A stretch of 64,000 bases of DNA from a virus. Below are positions 1-8,412 of the stretch, one piece after another. The stretch's first letter is position 1. Each line of letters begins with the position of its first letter. The stretch lies in UHGV virus genome UHGV-0072281; one strand, written 5' to 3'. The notes beneath the pieces are model-generated. The model saw nothing but the letters and a program-made list of their open reading frames with translations, had not been told where the DNA came from and ran no database searches. Both the position numbers and the translations under genes were made by a program.

Positions 1-99
1 AACAGGTACGGTGGAGAACTGACCTTCTGCGTTCGGCTGAATAGCACAACTTGCCAATGTCATTACAAAAGCAACGACCACGAGAATGCGTTTTAGCAT
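1..99 (-). CDS. partial CDS (N-terminus only, continues past window start): putative lipoprotein
   Basis: Reverse-strand ATG at 99..97 after a GGTGAG-like SD; N-terminus MLKRILVVVAFVMTLASCAIQ = signal peptide with lipobox L-A-S-C; below the ORF-track length cutoff. Confidence 0.5.
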   Translation of the reverse strand, partial: MLKRILVVVAFVMTLASCAIQPNAEGQFSTVPV

Positions 100-237
100 A
101 ATCTCACCCTTATTAAAATTAAGAAAAAATATTTTTTCAGGTTAGCGCCTACTGCCAACCGTCATATCTATATTTTACGAAATGTCTAAAATAACATTCT
201 TATGCAATCCACCCCTACCACTTACGAGGTAAAAACG

Positions 238-768
238 ATGGCTAAAGCCTTCAATCAGCAGCTTATCGAAGCTGTAAAAGCCAAAAACCCTGAAACTTCT
301 TCTAATCTAACCGTAGAAGACGTTGACTTTGGTGCCGTGGAAGCACATAGCGGAAATGGTGGCCGTAACACCAAAGTTACGCTGACTGCAAAAGAAGAAA
401 GTGCTAACTTTACTGGCAGCAAAGAATTCCACTACACTCGTCTGGCTTCCCAAGACTTGATCGGTGCCAAAGCTTACGAACAAGCTGGTAATCTCGATCT
501 GGAAAACTCAGCCATCGTAACCAAACTCAACGAAGAAATGGTTACTAAAGGTTATACCGACGACGCGTTTGTCGAAAATGAACTGACAATTGAGAAAACT
601 GACGGCGATAGCGGTGCTAAAGTTTACACTATCAAAGTAAAAGATGCCCACATCAAATTCTTGACCGGCACCATTGCCACTTTCACTTATACCAACCCAG
701 CGCCTGAAAAAGTAGCCCTTAGCGGTCTGGAAGGTGAACTTGATGGCTTCACAGCCCCAAAAGACTAA
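238..768 (+). CDS. hypothetical protein, paralog family A member 1
   Basis: ORF 202..768; start moved to ATG 238 after GAGGT SD; shares NTKVT(L/M)TA...ENF.G, KY.RL and C-terminal ELDGF motifs with the next two ORFs. Confidence 0.65.
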   Translation: MAKAFNQQLIEAVKAKNPETSSNLTVEDVDFGAVEAHSGNGGRNTKVTLTAKEESANFTGSKEFHYTRLASQDLIGAKAYEQAGNLDLENSAIVTKLNEEMVTKGYTDDAFVENELTIEKTDGDSGAKVYTIKVKDAHIKFLTGTIATFTYTNPAPEKVALSGLEGELDGFTAPKD

Positions 769-786
769 TGCTTTAACAACCAAACT

Positions 787-810
787 AAGGCGGTAAATCC
801 GCCTTATTAG
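787..810 (+). terminator. weak hairpin between family A genes 1 and 2 (possible attenuator)
   Basis: aaggcgg-taaat-ccgcctt then ttatt; short U-tract. Confidence 0.35.
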
Positions 811-819
811 GAGAAAAAA

Positions 820-1359
820 ATGGATAGTCAAGCTACTAACCAAATGCAGCTAGTCGAGTTATATAACGCTGCCAACACTGGTTTGCCGCACAAATTGGTG
901 TCGTCTGAAGTAAAATTTGGTCTGCCCTCTGCAAACGACGACGGTGAAAAAAATACCAAAGTTACAATGACCGCTTTACCCGGCTCAGAAAATTTCCGTG
1001 GTCAGATTGAACTTAAGTACGACCGATTAAACCCCTCCATAATTTCTGATTCTCTGGGAGTGGTCAAACTCGAGGGGGAGATAGAAAAATGGCGGGAAGA
1101 TAACTATGTTCGCGCCTATCTGCAACATTATATTAACCAAGTAAAACCCAGAGACACAATAGCCACAGGCGATATTGTTTATAGTTACGAAGAAGTAAAA
1201 GAACAGGATAAACTTGTCGCACTACGAGTTACCTGCACTGTCGCTGAAAGAAACCATAAATATCTGCAAGGCGTAATGCTTGTCTTTGAAGTTAGTCCAG
1301 AAAAGATCGATCTTTCCACCACTAACGGAGAGTTGGACGGCTTTAAACCGACCGAGTAA
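820..1359 (+). CDS. hypothetical protein, paralog family A member 2
   Basis: AGGAG SD before ATG; clear paralog of 238..768 and 1394..1924 (N-terminal QM.LVELYNAANTGLPH, C-terminal TTNGELDGF). Confidence 0.7.
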   Translation: MDSQATNQMQLVELYNAANTGLPHKLVSSEVKFGLPSANDDGEKNTKVTMTALPGSENFRGQIELKYDRLNPSIISDSLGVVKLEGEIEKWREDNYVRAYLQHYINQVKPRDTIATGDIVYSYEEVKEQDKLVALRVTCTVAERNHKYLQGVMLVFEVSPEKIDLSTTNGELDGFKPTE

Positions 1360-1393
1360 CCACTAACAACCAACTTTTATAGAGATTAAATTA

Positions 1394-1924
1394 ATGGCAG
1401 CTACTAACCAGATGATGTTGGTCGCGTTGTATAATGCTGCTAATACTGGGCTACCGCATCAGATTACTGATAAAGAAGTGTCCTTTGGTCAACCTGTTGC
1501 GCTGGAAGGCGAAGGTAAAAACACCAAAGTTACCATGACAGCATTGGCGGGTTCCGAAAACTTTAAAGGCTCAATCGAACTGAAATACGATCGACTGGAA
1601 CCGGGTGTTGTAGGGCGTATTGAACTAACTGACGATCTGTCTCGTTGGGTAGAAGAGAACGAACTGCGAGCCTGGTTACAGTATTATATCAACAAAGTAA
1701 AACCTAACGACACGATCGCGCCGGGAGATGTTGTTTATTCTACAGAAGACCAAAAAGACGAGCATGAAAACGTTACTCTGCGAACAGTAACGTGTACCGT
1801 TACCGAAAGAAACCTCCGTTATAAACCAGGTGTAATGGCAACTTTCGTAATTACACCGAAGGTTGTCGATAATCGTATTGACCTGGCCACCACCAACGGT
1901 GAATTGGACGGTTTTACTGCTTAA
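1394..1924 (+). CDS. hypothetical protein, paralog family A member 3
   Basis: 176 aa ORF; about half of residues identical to 820..1359 by eye. Confidence 0.7.
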   Translation: MAATNQMMLVALYNAANTGLPHQITDKEVSFGQPVALEGEGKNTKVTMTALAGSENFKGSIELKYDRLEPGVVGRIELTDDLSRWVEENELRAWLQYYINKVKPNDTIAPGDVVYSTEDQKDEHENVTLRTVTCTVTERNLRYKPGVMATFVITPKVVDNRIDLATTNGELDGFTA

Positions 1925-1965
1925 TCGCTAAGTCAACTACTATAACAAAAAAAAACAATAAGTTT

Positions 1966-1998
1966 ACCTACCTCCTTTACGGAGGTAGGTATTTTTTA
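1966..1998. terminator. bidirectional intrinsic terminator between convergent genes
   Basis: acctacctcc-tttac-ggaggtaggt with A-run upstream and T-run downstream. Confidence 0.7.
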
Positions 1999-2670
1999 TT
2001 CTAATCCCATTTCCAGTGCAAGTGCACGGATAGTGTCGTAGTCACGCTGTTCAGCTAAGAGGCGAAGCTCTTTTTTCTGTGCGGTCATTTGTCCATGCAA
2101 CTTCTGATCACGTTTTACGATCTCGGACAATAATTCCTTACACTCTTCTAATGTAAAGGGTTCTAAACGTGTATTGGCGGTATCCAACCAATATTCTGGC
2201 GCAGTTTCAGATTGGATGTATTGCCCTAACATTTGTCGGGAGATTGCATCAGCCTGAAAATGACGTTCATTTAGCTGAATTGGTTCGTAACGTTGTGCTT
2301 CGTAACGCTTCTCCAACGCCATCATGATCTTTTGAACATCTAAATAAATATATCGTGCTGTTGAACGAACGTTACTTCGAATCTCATCCAGATCTATCTC
2401 CAATTTATCTGAAATGAACTCTTTTGCTTTTTTCAAGGTGAAATTTGCTTCAATATCTGACATATTGTAACTACGCATTTGATCTAACGCGTCTTCATCG
2501 GACATGCCGTCGAGTAGTTTGTAATGAAGCAGTGTACAAAAACCCGTTCTGCCGCGATCTTCAGTACCTATATGGCCCAAAAAGTTTCCGTGGCGATCAA
2601 TTGGGGAAAGTCGGCTAAAAAATCTGGCGCGAATATCTTCGTTTATTAAGCTTTTGTCAAGAGCAGGCAT
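1996..2670 (-). CDS. hypothetical protein (last gene of the radical SAM operon)
   Basis: 224 aa ORF; GGAGAAG SD before ATG; 25-nt overlap with upstream gene; followed by terminator hairpin. Confidence 0.6.
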   Translation of the reverse strand: MPALDKSLINEDIRARFFSRLSPIDRHGNFLGHIGTEDRGRTGFCTLLHYKLLDGMSDEDALDQMRSYNMSDIEANFTLKKAKEFISDKLEIDLDEIRSNVRSTARYIYLDVQKIMMALEKRYEAQRYEPIQLNERHFQADAISRQMLGQYIQSETAPEYWLDTANTRLEPFTLEECKELLSEIVKRDQKLHGQMTAQKKELRLLAEQRDYDTIRALALEMGLE

Positions 2671-3218
2671 TCGTCTTCTCCTTTAATTAAACCCAGCTCG
2701 ATCAGAAGATCAAAATCGATTTTACGAAACTTACTATCAAAATTTGAGTCCCAGTCAATATGTAGTCCTTGACGTTCGTCTTCTGTAAACTCGGGATAAA
2801 CTAAACTATGAAAAGTTTCCCTTTCATCGTAAAAACCATCGATGGTGGACTCTGGGTTTCGTGTGACATAAATTGTTACACCGGGAAACGATAAGCCTAG
2901 GGCGGCTACAGATTCAACACTCGGCTCTTGCAAAGCGCGTCGCAAAAGAACGATTTTATGTTTAGGGAATTCCAGCACGCGCTGTTCAAAACCTGGGTTT
3001 CGTTTCTCGATTTCAGCCACAGAAAGATCGGTAAGTTCTGTACAATACATCGGAATAACAACGGTAACTCCGTGACGAATTAATAATCGCTTAACATCGT
3101 CATTGAAATCTTCGCCGTTAATCTGTACATAACAGCCAAACAGTTTCGTAGTTTCTAAAAACTTTTCCAGAAAACGGAATTTACGCTTCGTAATATTGTG
3201 GATCAGAATTGGCTTCAT
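2646..3218 (-). CDS. hypothetical protein
   Basis: 190 aa ORF; start overlaps the 3' end of the SPASM-type radical SAM gene (operon coupling). Confidence 0.6.
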   Translation of the reverse strand: MKPILIHNITKRKFRFLEKFLETTKLFGCYVQINGEDFNDDVKRLLIRHGVTVVIPMYCTELTDLSVAEIEKRNPGFEQRVLEFPKHKIVLLRRALQEPSVESVAALGLSFPGVTIYVTRNPESTIDGFYDERETFHSLVYPEFTEDERQGLHIDWDSNFDSKFRKIDFDLLIELGLIKGEDECLLLTKA

Positions 3219-4503
3219 CTTTGGCTTCTCTCAATTGTTTTTCTTTCTGGGCGCGTTCACGTACACAGCGAGGACAGTAACACATGCTATTATCGTGAAA
3301 ATCCTTCACGGATGTTGTGCCCATTTTCTGCTTCCAATATTCCGCAACCATCAATTTTGCAGTTGTCCAACCACACTGACGACGTTCAGCGTGATATGCT
3401 TTACGGTCTTCTAACGTCCCTTCCCCATTCTCGTAGGAAGCTGCTGCACAGCTACCACAAGCGTGTTTCATTGGACAACCTAAGCACGTCTCAGGATAGT
3501 TGGTGTATTGCGTCTGAATCTCTTCCAGCAGTTTCCCACCGTCTAAACTAACGAATTCGCGACCGACTAACTCAAATACCGCAGAGCGTGACGTTACAGT
3601 CGACATGAAACGGTTACAACCGAAAATCTTCCTGTCAAACCCTAAACAAGTCATGTGCGTTAATGTCCCGCAGAACGGGCGCAAGCGTTCCGGGTTTAAA
3701 CGTACAGTATCGTTGTAAAGTAGCTGATCACGCCAGTTCGGTTCCCAGATAGTGTCGAAATCTAACCCTTCCGGGATGATATGCGAAAGGGTATTACGTG
3801 GGTTGGTGTGTAAACCCTTTTCAACCCAATAATCGACTACATCCATCATTTGTAGCGCTATCGACGTAGCCATACTCCGTGGCATAATGTCTTCGAAGGT
3901 TACGTTACCAGAAATGGTTCCACCTCCCGCCAAATCGATTAGGGATTTCATACCCGCCGCATAATGTGGGAGTGTCTCCAAAGTAAATGTCGCTTTAACC
4001 CCAAGCTCCGCGATACCTACTTCTTTTAGATAATTGTAACCACGTACAGCGGCCTCGTAGGAACCTTCGCGACTCGTTGTAAAAATACGGTACTTATCGT
4101 GCGACTCAGGTAACCCATCAATAGATACCCCGATAGAAAGTCTGTCCTTCCAACGTTCAATAATTTCCCTGTTCAACGGCCTATCTAATAATGTCCCATT
4201 AGTAGAGATACTAAACATAAACGGACGTTTATGTTCTTCACACAACTGCTCGGCTGTTTCGAAAGCAGTCATTAGAAGCTTAGGCTGCATAAACGGTTCA
4301 CCGCCGATAATGTCAATGATGACTTCTACGTTTGGTAAATCTTTATCGCGTTCAAAGCAGGCATGAAGAAAGTCTACAATATCCGCTGCTTTGTTATTGC
4401 GGGGATATTTACGCTCGTAACAATACTCACAGTCCAAATTACACGACAAGTTTGTAACAATCTGGTAAGTCAACTGTTTCGGGTAATTATTTTCTTGGTT
4501 CAT
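3181..4503 (-). CDS. radical SAM enzyme with SPASM-type C-terminal domain (peptide-modifying maturase family)
   Basis: N-terminal CNLDCEYC (CX3CX2C), GGEPFM SAM-binding motif, C-terminal CLGCPMKHACGSC (CX2CX5CX3C) plus further Cys. Confidence 0.8.
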   Translation of the reverse strand: MNQENNYPKQLTYQIVTNLSCNLDCEYCYERKYPRNNKAADIVDFLHACFERDKDLPNVEVIIDIIGGEPFMQPKLLMTAFETAEQLCEEHKRPFMFSISTNGTLLDRPLNREIIERWKDRLSIGVSIDGLPESHDKYRIFTTSREGSYEAAVRGYNYLKEVGIAELGVKATFTLETLPHYAAGMKSLIDLAGGGTISGNVTFEDIMPRSMATSIALQMMDVVDYWVEKGLHTNPRNTLSHIIPEGLDFDTIWEPNWRDQLLYNDTVRLNPERLRPFCGTLTHMTCLGFDRKIFGCNRFMSTVTSRSAVFELVGREFVSLDGGKLLEEIQTQYTNYPETCLGCPMKHACGSCAAASYENGEGTLEDRKAYHAERRQCGWTTAKLMVAEYWKQKMGTTSVKDFHDNSMCYCPRCVRERAQKEKQLREAKDEANSDPQYYEA

Positions 4504-5410
4504 TTAATACTCCACTATTACGGTTGGCCATAACCACTCGTCGAATATACTCGTAGGCTTCTAACCCGATGGAACAAGCTAATTGGTTACATCCCGATTC
4601 TAATAATCTCGGGGCATTTTGCAACTGATATTCGGTTCCATCTGCTCTTAACCATAAACTATTGCTGCATACGTTACACCCACCATCAAAAACTTTGCTT
4701 ACGACATAGTCACACCTTTTCGAGTTGGAAACATTCAGTCTTTCTATATTTTCCTGAATTCTAAAATACCCGTAAATAAAGTTCATAACGTGATCGGGAG
4801 ATAACGGTTTTGGCATATTTGCGTCTAACAGCAACGTCATGGTACGATAACCGTAGTGATAGATCGCATTATGAAGCTCAATAATGTCTTCATGCCACCG
4901 TTTGTTACCCAACTGTTCTCGAGTTAAAACGGCCCATGTATGAACATTTTCAAGCTCATGCATTACTTCTAAAGCTTCGTAGCAATCATCGCTAATAAAA
5001 CGCTTAAAAGGGCGTTCAGACAACTCAAACCCGTCGATGCTAACATATACGTTATCAAATTGTTTTAACAACGGTAGATGCGTTTTACGCATCTTTAAGC
5101 CATTGGTGTATAACTGATGTTTGAGTTCTGGGCGAACTGCTTTTAACTCGTCAACAAACGCCTCAATTTTACGAGTGGCTAACAAAGGCTCACCACCCGT
5201 CCATTGAATCTCGGTAATTGTTGGGTTAGCTTCTAACGCCTCCATAATTCGGTCACGTTGAAACTCTCGAGAAGAATCTTCACGATTCATGTAATAGGCT
5301 CCGCCGCAGAAACTACAGTCCAGATTACATTTGGATGTAGTAATAACGGCTAATATAGTTGGATTATCAAATAGCTGATCTGATAATTTTGGTTCCGCAT
5401 TGGTCGCCAT
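4487..5410 (-). CDS. radical SAM enzyme, paralog 2
   Basis: ITTSKCNLDCSFC (CX3CX2C), TGGEPLL motif, C-terminal Cys pairs; 17-nt overlap with downstream SPASM gene; paralog of 7018..7929. Confidence 0.75.
   Translation of the reverse strand: MATNAEPKLSDQLFDNPTILAVITTSKCNLDCSFCGGAYYMNREDSSREFQRDRIMEALEANPTITEIQWTGGEPLLATRKIEAFVDELKAVRPELKHQLYTNGLKMRKTHLPLLKQFDNVYVSIDGFELSERPFKRFISDDCYEALEVMHELENVHTWAVLTREQLGNKRWHEDIIELHNAIYHYGYRTMTLLLDANMPKPLSPDHVMNFIYGYFRIQENIERLNVSNSKRCDYVVSKVFDGGCNVCSNSLWLRADGTEYQLQNAPRLLESGCNQLACSIGLEAYEYIRRVVMANRNSGVLNEPRK
4733..4816. repeat. 84-bp segment identical to 7252..7335 (between radical SAM paralogs)
   Basis: Direct comparison: attcagtctttctatattttcctgaattctaaaatacccgtaaataaagttcataacgtgatcgggagataacggttttggcat at both sites; offset 2519 bp. 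Confidence 0.9.
5064..5110. repeat. 47-bp segment identical to 7583..7629
   Basis: tttaacaacggtagatgcgttttacgcatctttaagccattggtgta at both sites; same 2519-bp offset. Confidence 0.9.
5288..5347. repeat. 60-bp segment identical to 7807..7866
   Basis: catgtaataggctccgccgcagaaactacagtccagattacatttggatgtagtaataac at both sites (encodes the CX3CX2C region); same offset. Confidence 0.9.
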
Positions 5411-5432
5411 TGCAGGTGACTCCGTTAATTAT

Positions 5433-6320
5433 TTAATTATAGTCGATAGCGAACAATGGATCTTCGTCGAAATTGACTCCAGGTTTTAAAACCTTAGTCG
5501 AATTATACGCCTCTAGCAACCGATTAAGATCGTTATAACGACTATTCATTCTTTTGAGGTCTTCTAAGGTCACAATACGATCAAGCATCGGCTTAACGGC
5601 CTCGGCTTCTTCATCAGTCAATTCAACCTTAGACAACAAAAAACTAACAAGTTTAGAAATATCAGCCTCGGTTACTGGACTTTGGCCAAATCGTATTTGA
5701 ACAAGATGTTGCATCCATGGTTTACGAATACGCTTCGTAATAACATGCTCATCAGTAATGGCTTTCCAAACAGAACGTTCACGAATCCATTCGAACTTAT
5801 AGCTATAGGCCATTAAATCAGCTAAATGTGCAATCCCGAGGTCCTGATAACCTTCAATGTTGGTGTATGGTTCACTGTCGGAATACTCTTCAACATCCTT
5901 ACCAACAAGAGTATAGTAATACGGAAAAGCCCCCATGTAATCTGGACTCCACCATCTCCGAACCATAGGCTTAGCGTCAAGCTCAGCAAACGGTGTAAAA
6001 AAAAGTTCTAAATCGCTACCAGCATTTAGAACTCCGTCACTGAAGAAGTATTTACCATCAACAATCATTCCATAAAGTTCATCATCTCCTGTAAAAACTA
6101 TCACACGTTCGACCGGCAGATCACGAATTGTAAAAGTATTTTCTACAGAGATATTATCACGGTTGACGATATCACGACCCCGTAATTTCGGCCATTCGCC
6201 AGGTAGCATGGTAATTAAACGAACGTCGTCACTTAAATGATAACGTACAGAATCTGGAGAAGAGATTTGCAAAGGATGGTTAAATGTAGTGTTATATGCT
6301 AAATGTAAATCGTTTTTCAT
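5433..6320 (-). CDS. hypothetical protein inside the radical SAM cluster
   Basis: 295 aa ORF with AGAGGT SD; no recognisable motif. Confidence 0.6.
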   Translation of the reverse strand: MKNDLHLAYNTTFNHPLQISSPDSVRYHLSDDVRLITMLPGEWPKLRGRDIVNRDNISVENTFTIRDLPVERVIVFTGDDELYGMIVDGKYFFSDGVLNAGSDLELFFTPFAELDAKPMVRRWWSPDYMGAFPYYYTLVGKDVEEYSDSEPYTNIEGYQDLGIAHLADLMAYSYKFEWIRERSVWKAITDEHVITKRIRKPWMQHLVQIRFGQSPVTEADISKLVSFLLSKVELTDEEAEAVKPMLDRIVTLEDLKRMNSRYNDLNRLLEAYNSTKVLKPGVNFDEDPLFAIDYN

Positions 6321-6343
6321 TGAATACCTCTGACACGTTTCTA

Positions 6344-6553
6344 CTACTTATTACCGCCAGCACCACGGCTACAACTACCGCTACAGGACCAGCTACACCC
6401 ACCGTTACAGTTATAGTGACTCAACGGTAAACCAGAAAGGTTATTAGTGGACGACACCGTACCCTGGTTTGCAATATAGTTGTTTGCTCCTGCTGTGGTA
6501 ATGTATCCTTCCGCCGTTACTAATCTGTCGCGTATGTTTTTAAGACTTATCAT
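6344..6553 (-). CDS. short Cys-rich peptide C (leader + short core)
   Basis: 69 aa; leader MISLKNIRDRL similar to peptides A and B; core HYNCNGGCSWSCSGSCS; ATG 3 nt after the stop of peptide B. Confidence 0.6.
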   Translation of the reverse strand: MISLKNIRDRLVTAEGYITTAGANNYIANQGTVSSTNNLSGLPLSHYNCNGGCSWSCSGSCSRGAGGNK

Positions 6554-6556
6554 TTC

Positions 6557-6955
6557 TCATCTTCCCGTACACGATTGCGAACAGCCACCATGACAGGTAC
6601 GACTACATGTACCTGTACATGTAGTCGTACATTGACCTATACATGTCCCCGTGCACCCACCAGAACATGAACTAGTACAACCTGAACATCCAGAACTACA
6701 ACCAGAAACACAGTTTGCTGAACATGAGGAACCACAACCTCCAGAAGCATTACCGGTACAACCACCAGAACAACTGGAGCACGTCCAGCTACAGCTACCA
6801 CCACAGTCGTAATGATTTTTAGGTTGCCCGCCAAATAGGTCGACATTATTCGTAGCCTTTCCACGAATATAGTTCTGTACTGCTCCAGTGTTTTTTAGCG
6901 CGGAAGAATCTATATTATCCAAGCGCGCTTTTAAAGAAGATAAACCAATCGCCAT
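6557..6955 (-). CDS. Cys-rich CXXX-repeat peptide B (putative radical SAM substrate)
   Basis: 132 aa; about 50-aa leader, then DCGGSCSWTCS and ~20 Cys at 4-residue periodicity; AGGTG SD. Confidence 0.7.
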   Translation of the reverse strand: MAIGLSSLKARLDNIDSSALKNTGAVQNYIRGKATNNVDLFGGQPKNHYDCGGSCSWTCSSCSGGCTGNASGGCGSSCSANCVSGCSSGCSGCTSSCSGGCTGTCIGQCTTTCTGTCSRTCHGGCSQSCTGR

Positions 6956-7017
6956 TTTAACACCTACTGGTTCAGTGCCAGCTAAGGCACATTATAATTC
7001 ATTCTCTGTAAAAAATA

Positions 7018-7929
7018 TCACAATTTTGCCGGAATCCTATTCTTAGCCCCTACTACTCGTCGTATATAATCGTAAGCATCTAAGCCAACCTTTCTGGCTA
7101 AGTCACTACAGCCATGTTGCGTTACGATTTCAACGTTTTTTACTTGATTCTGGACACCGTCAGACTCGATACGTAAACAACGACTACATGTATTACAGGG
7201 TTCATCAAATAACGCGTTTAGCGTAAACGCGCACTCGCTTCGATTGGACGAATTCAGTCTTTCTATATTTTCCTGAATTCTAAAATACCCGTAAATAAAG
7301 TTCATAACGTGATCGGGAGATAACGGTTTTGGCATGTTTTTGTCCAAAACTAGCGACATCTCGCAAAAACCGTAATGGTAGATGTGATTATGTAGCGCAA
7401 TTATATCCTCATACCAGCGTTTATCACCGATACGTTCTCGTGTCAAGACTGCCCAGGTACGAATATTTTTCAATTCGTAAATTGTCTCCAACACCTCGTA
7501 TTGTTTTTCTTCGATAATCCGCATAAATGGACGCTCTGATTCTTTGAATCCGTCCATGCTAAAAAAGATGCTATCGAAACCCTTTAACAACGGTAGATGC
7601 GTTTTACGCATCTTTAAGCCATTGGTGTACAGGTAATGATCACAGCGAGGATACTTCTCCCTTATCTCTTCTATAAGGGCATCAATTTTACGCGAAGCGA
7701 GTAATGGTTCACCTCCCGACCACTGAATATTTGTGATGGTCGGGTTATTTTCCAGCGCCTCGATAATACTTTTCTTTTGTACTTCTGCGGTTGTATCCTC
7801 TCTATGCATGTAATAGGCTCCGCCGCAGAAACTACAGTCCAGATTACATTTGGATGTAGTAATAACATTTAACGTTCTTGGTTCAGAATACAATTGATCG
7901 GATACTGTCGGTGTGGTTAACTCTATCAT
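7018..7929 (-). CDS. radical SAM enzyme, paralog 1
   Basis: ITTSKCNLDCSFCGGAYYM (CX3CX2C), SGGEPLL; shares three blocks of identical DNA with 4487..5410. Confidence 0.75.
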   Translation of the reverse strand: MIELTTPTVSDQLYSEPRTLNVITTSKCNLDCSFCGGAYYMHREDTTAEVQKKSIIEALENNPTITNIQWSGGEPLLASRKIDALIEEIREKYPRCDHYLYTNGLKMRKTHLPLLKGFDSIFFSMDGFKESERPFMRIIEEKQYEVLETIYELKNIRTWAVLTRERIGDKRWYEDIIALHNHIYHYGFCEMSLVLDKNMPKPLSPDHVMNFIYGYFRIQENIERLNSSNRSECAFTLNALFDEPCNTCSRCLRIESDGVQNQVKNVEIVTQHGCSDLARKVGLDAYDYIRRVVGAKNRIPAKL

Positions 7930-7953
7930 CAGTAATAGTACCTATCTGTTAAA

Positions 7954-8346
7954 TTAAGTCGGTCCTGAACAAGACGCACATGCGCCACTACATCCCGAGC
8001 TACAACGCCCGGAGCATCTACCACTGCATGTAGCGCTGCAACCAGTGCACCCACCAGAACACGTAGCGCTGCAACCAGTGCATTGATTACCGCAGGCGGA
8101 TGAACAGCTTCCAACACACACTGAGGTGCACGTACCAGAACAACTTGTACAACCATGCGTACAACCGTTCGAGCACGTCCAGCTACAGCTACCACCACAG
8201 TCTAATCGACCCGGTGTCCAGCCTGAAAAAGAATCTGCGGCATTGTGAGCTTTTGATGCAACCTGTGGATCGACGCGGGGTCCTGTCGCCATTTGATTCT
8301 CTACGTTGGTGATTCGATCGCGAACGTTTTTAACACTAATCGCCAT
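7954..8346 (-). CDS. Cys-rich CXXX-repeat peptide A (putative radical SAM substrate)
   Basis: 130 aa; leader MAISVKNVRDRI, junction DCGGSCSWTCS, then CxxxC-periodic core; AAGGA SD. Confidence 0.7.
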   Translation of the reverse strand: MAISVKNVRDRITNVENQMATGPRVDPQVASKAHNAADSFSGWTPGRLDCGGSCSWTCSNGCTHGCTSCSGTCTSVCVGSCSSACGNQCTGCSATCSGGCTGCSATCSGRCSGRCSSGCSGACASCSGPT

Positions 8347-8358
8347 TCCGTATCCTTA

Positions 8359-8403
8359 AAATAAAAAAAGAGGAGGACTACGCCCATAAGCATAGTTCCT
8401 CCT
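8359..8403 (-). terminator. hairpin + U-tract after the tail-fibre gene, just upstream of peptide A
   Basis: Minus strand: aggaggaac...gtcctcct (bulged stem, long loop) then cttttttatttt; SD and ATG of peptide A follow within ~15 nt. Confidence 0.45.
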
Positions 8404-8412
8404 GTAATAAAG

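Noticed and set aside
508-843. Other nested or antisense ORF-track entries (for example 508..843, 1185..1373, 3196..3551, 5826..6011, 7329..7517, 33990..34256, 46759..47339, 54039..54392)
   Set aside because: Each lies inside a better-supported gene on the same or opposite strand and lacks initiation signals.
6637-6864. ORF-track entries 6637..6864 (-) and 7929..8198 (-) encoding Val-rich proteins
   Set aside because: Alternative frames of the Cys-repeat peptide genes created by the repetitive TGC/TGT codons; implausible composition and no start context.
6557-8346. Periodic Cys-codon repeats as a possible CRISPR-like or tandem DNA repeat
   Set aside because: Periodicity is at the codon level within coding sequence, with no repeat-spacer structure.
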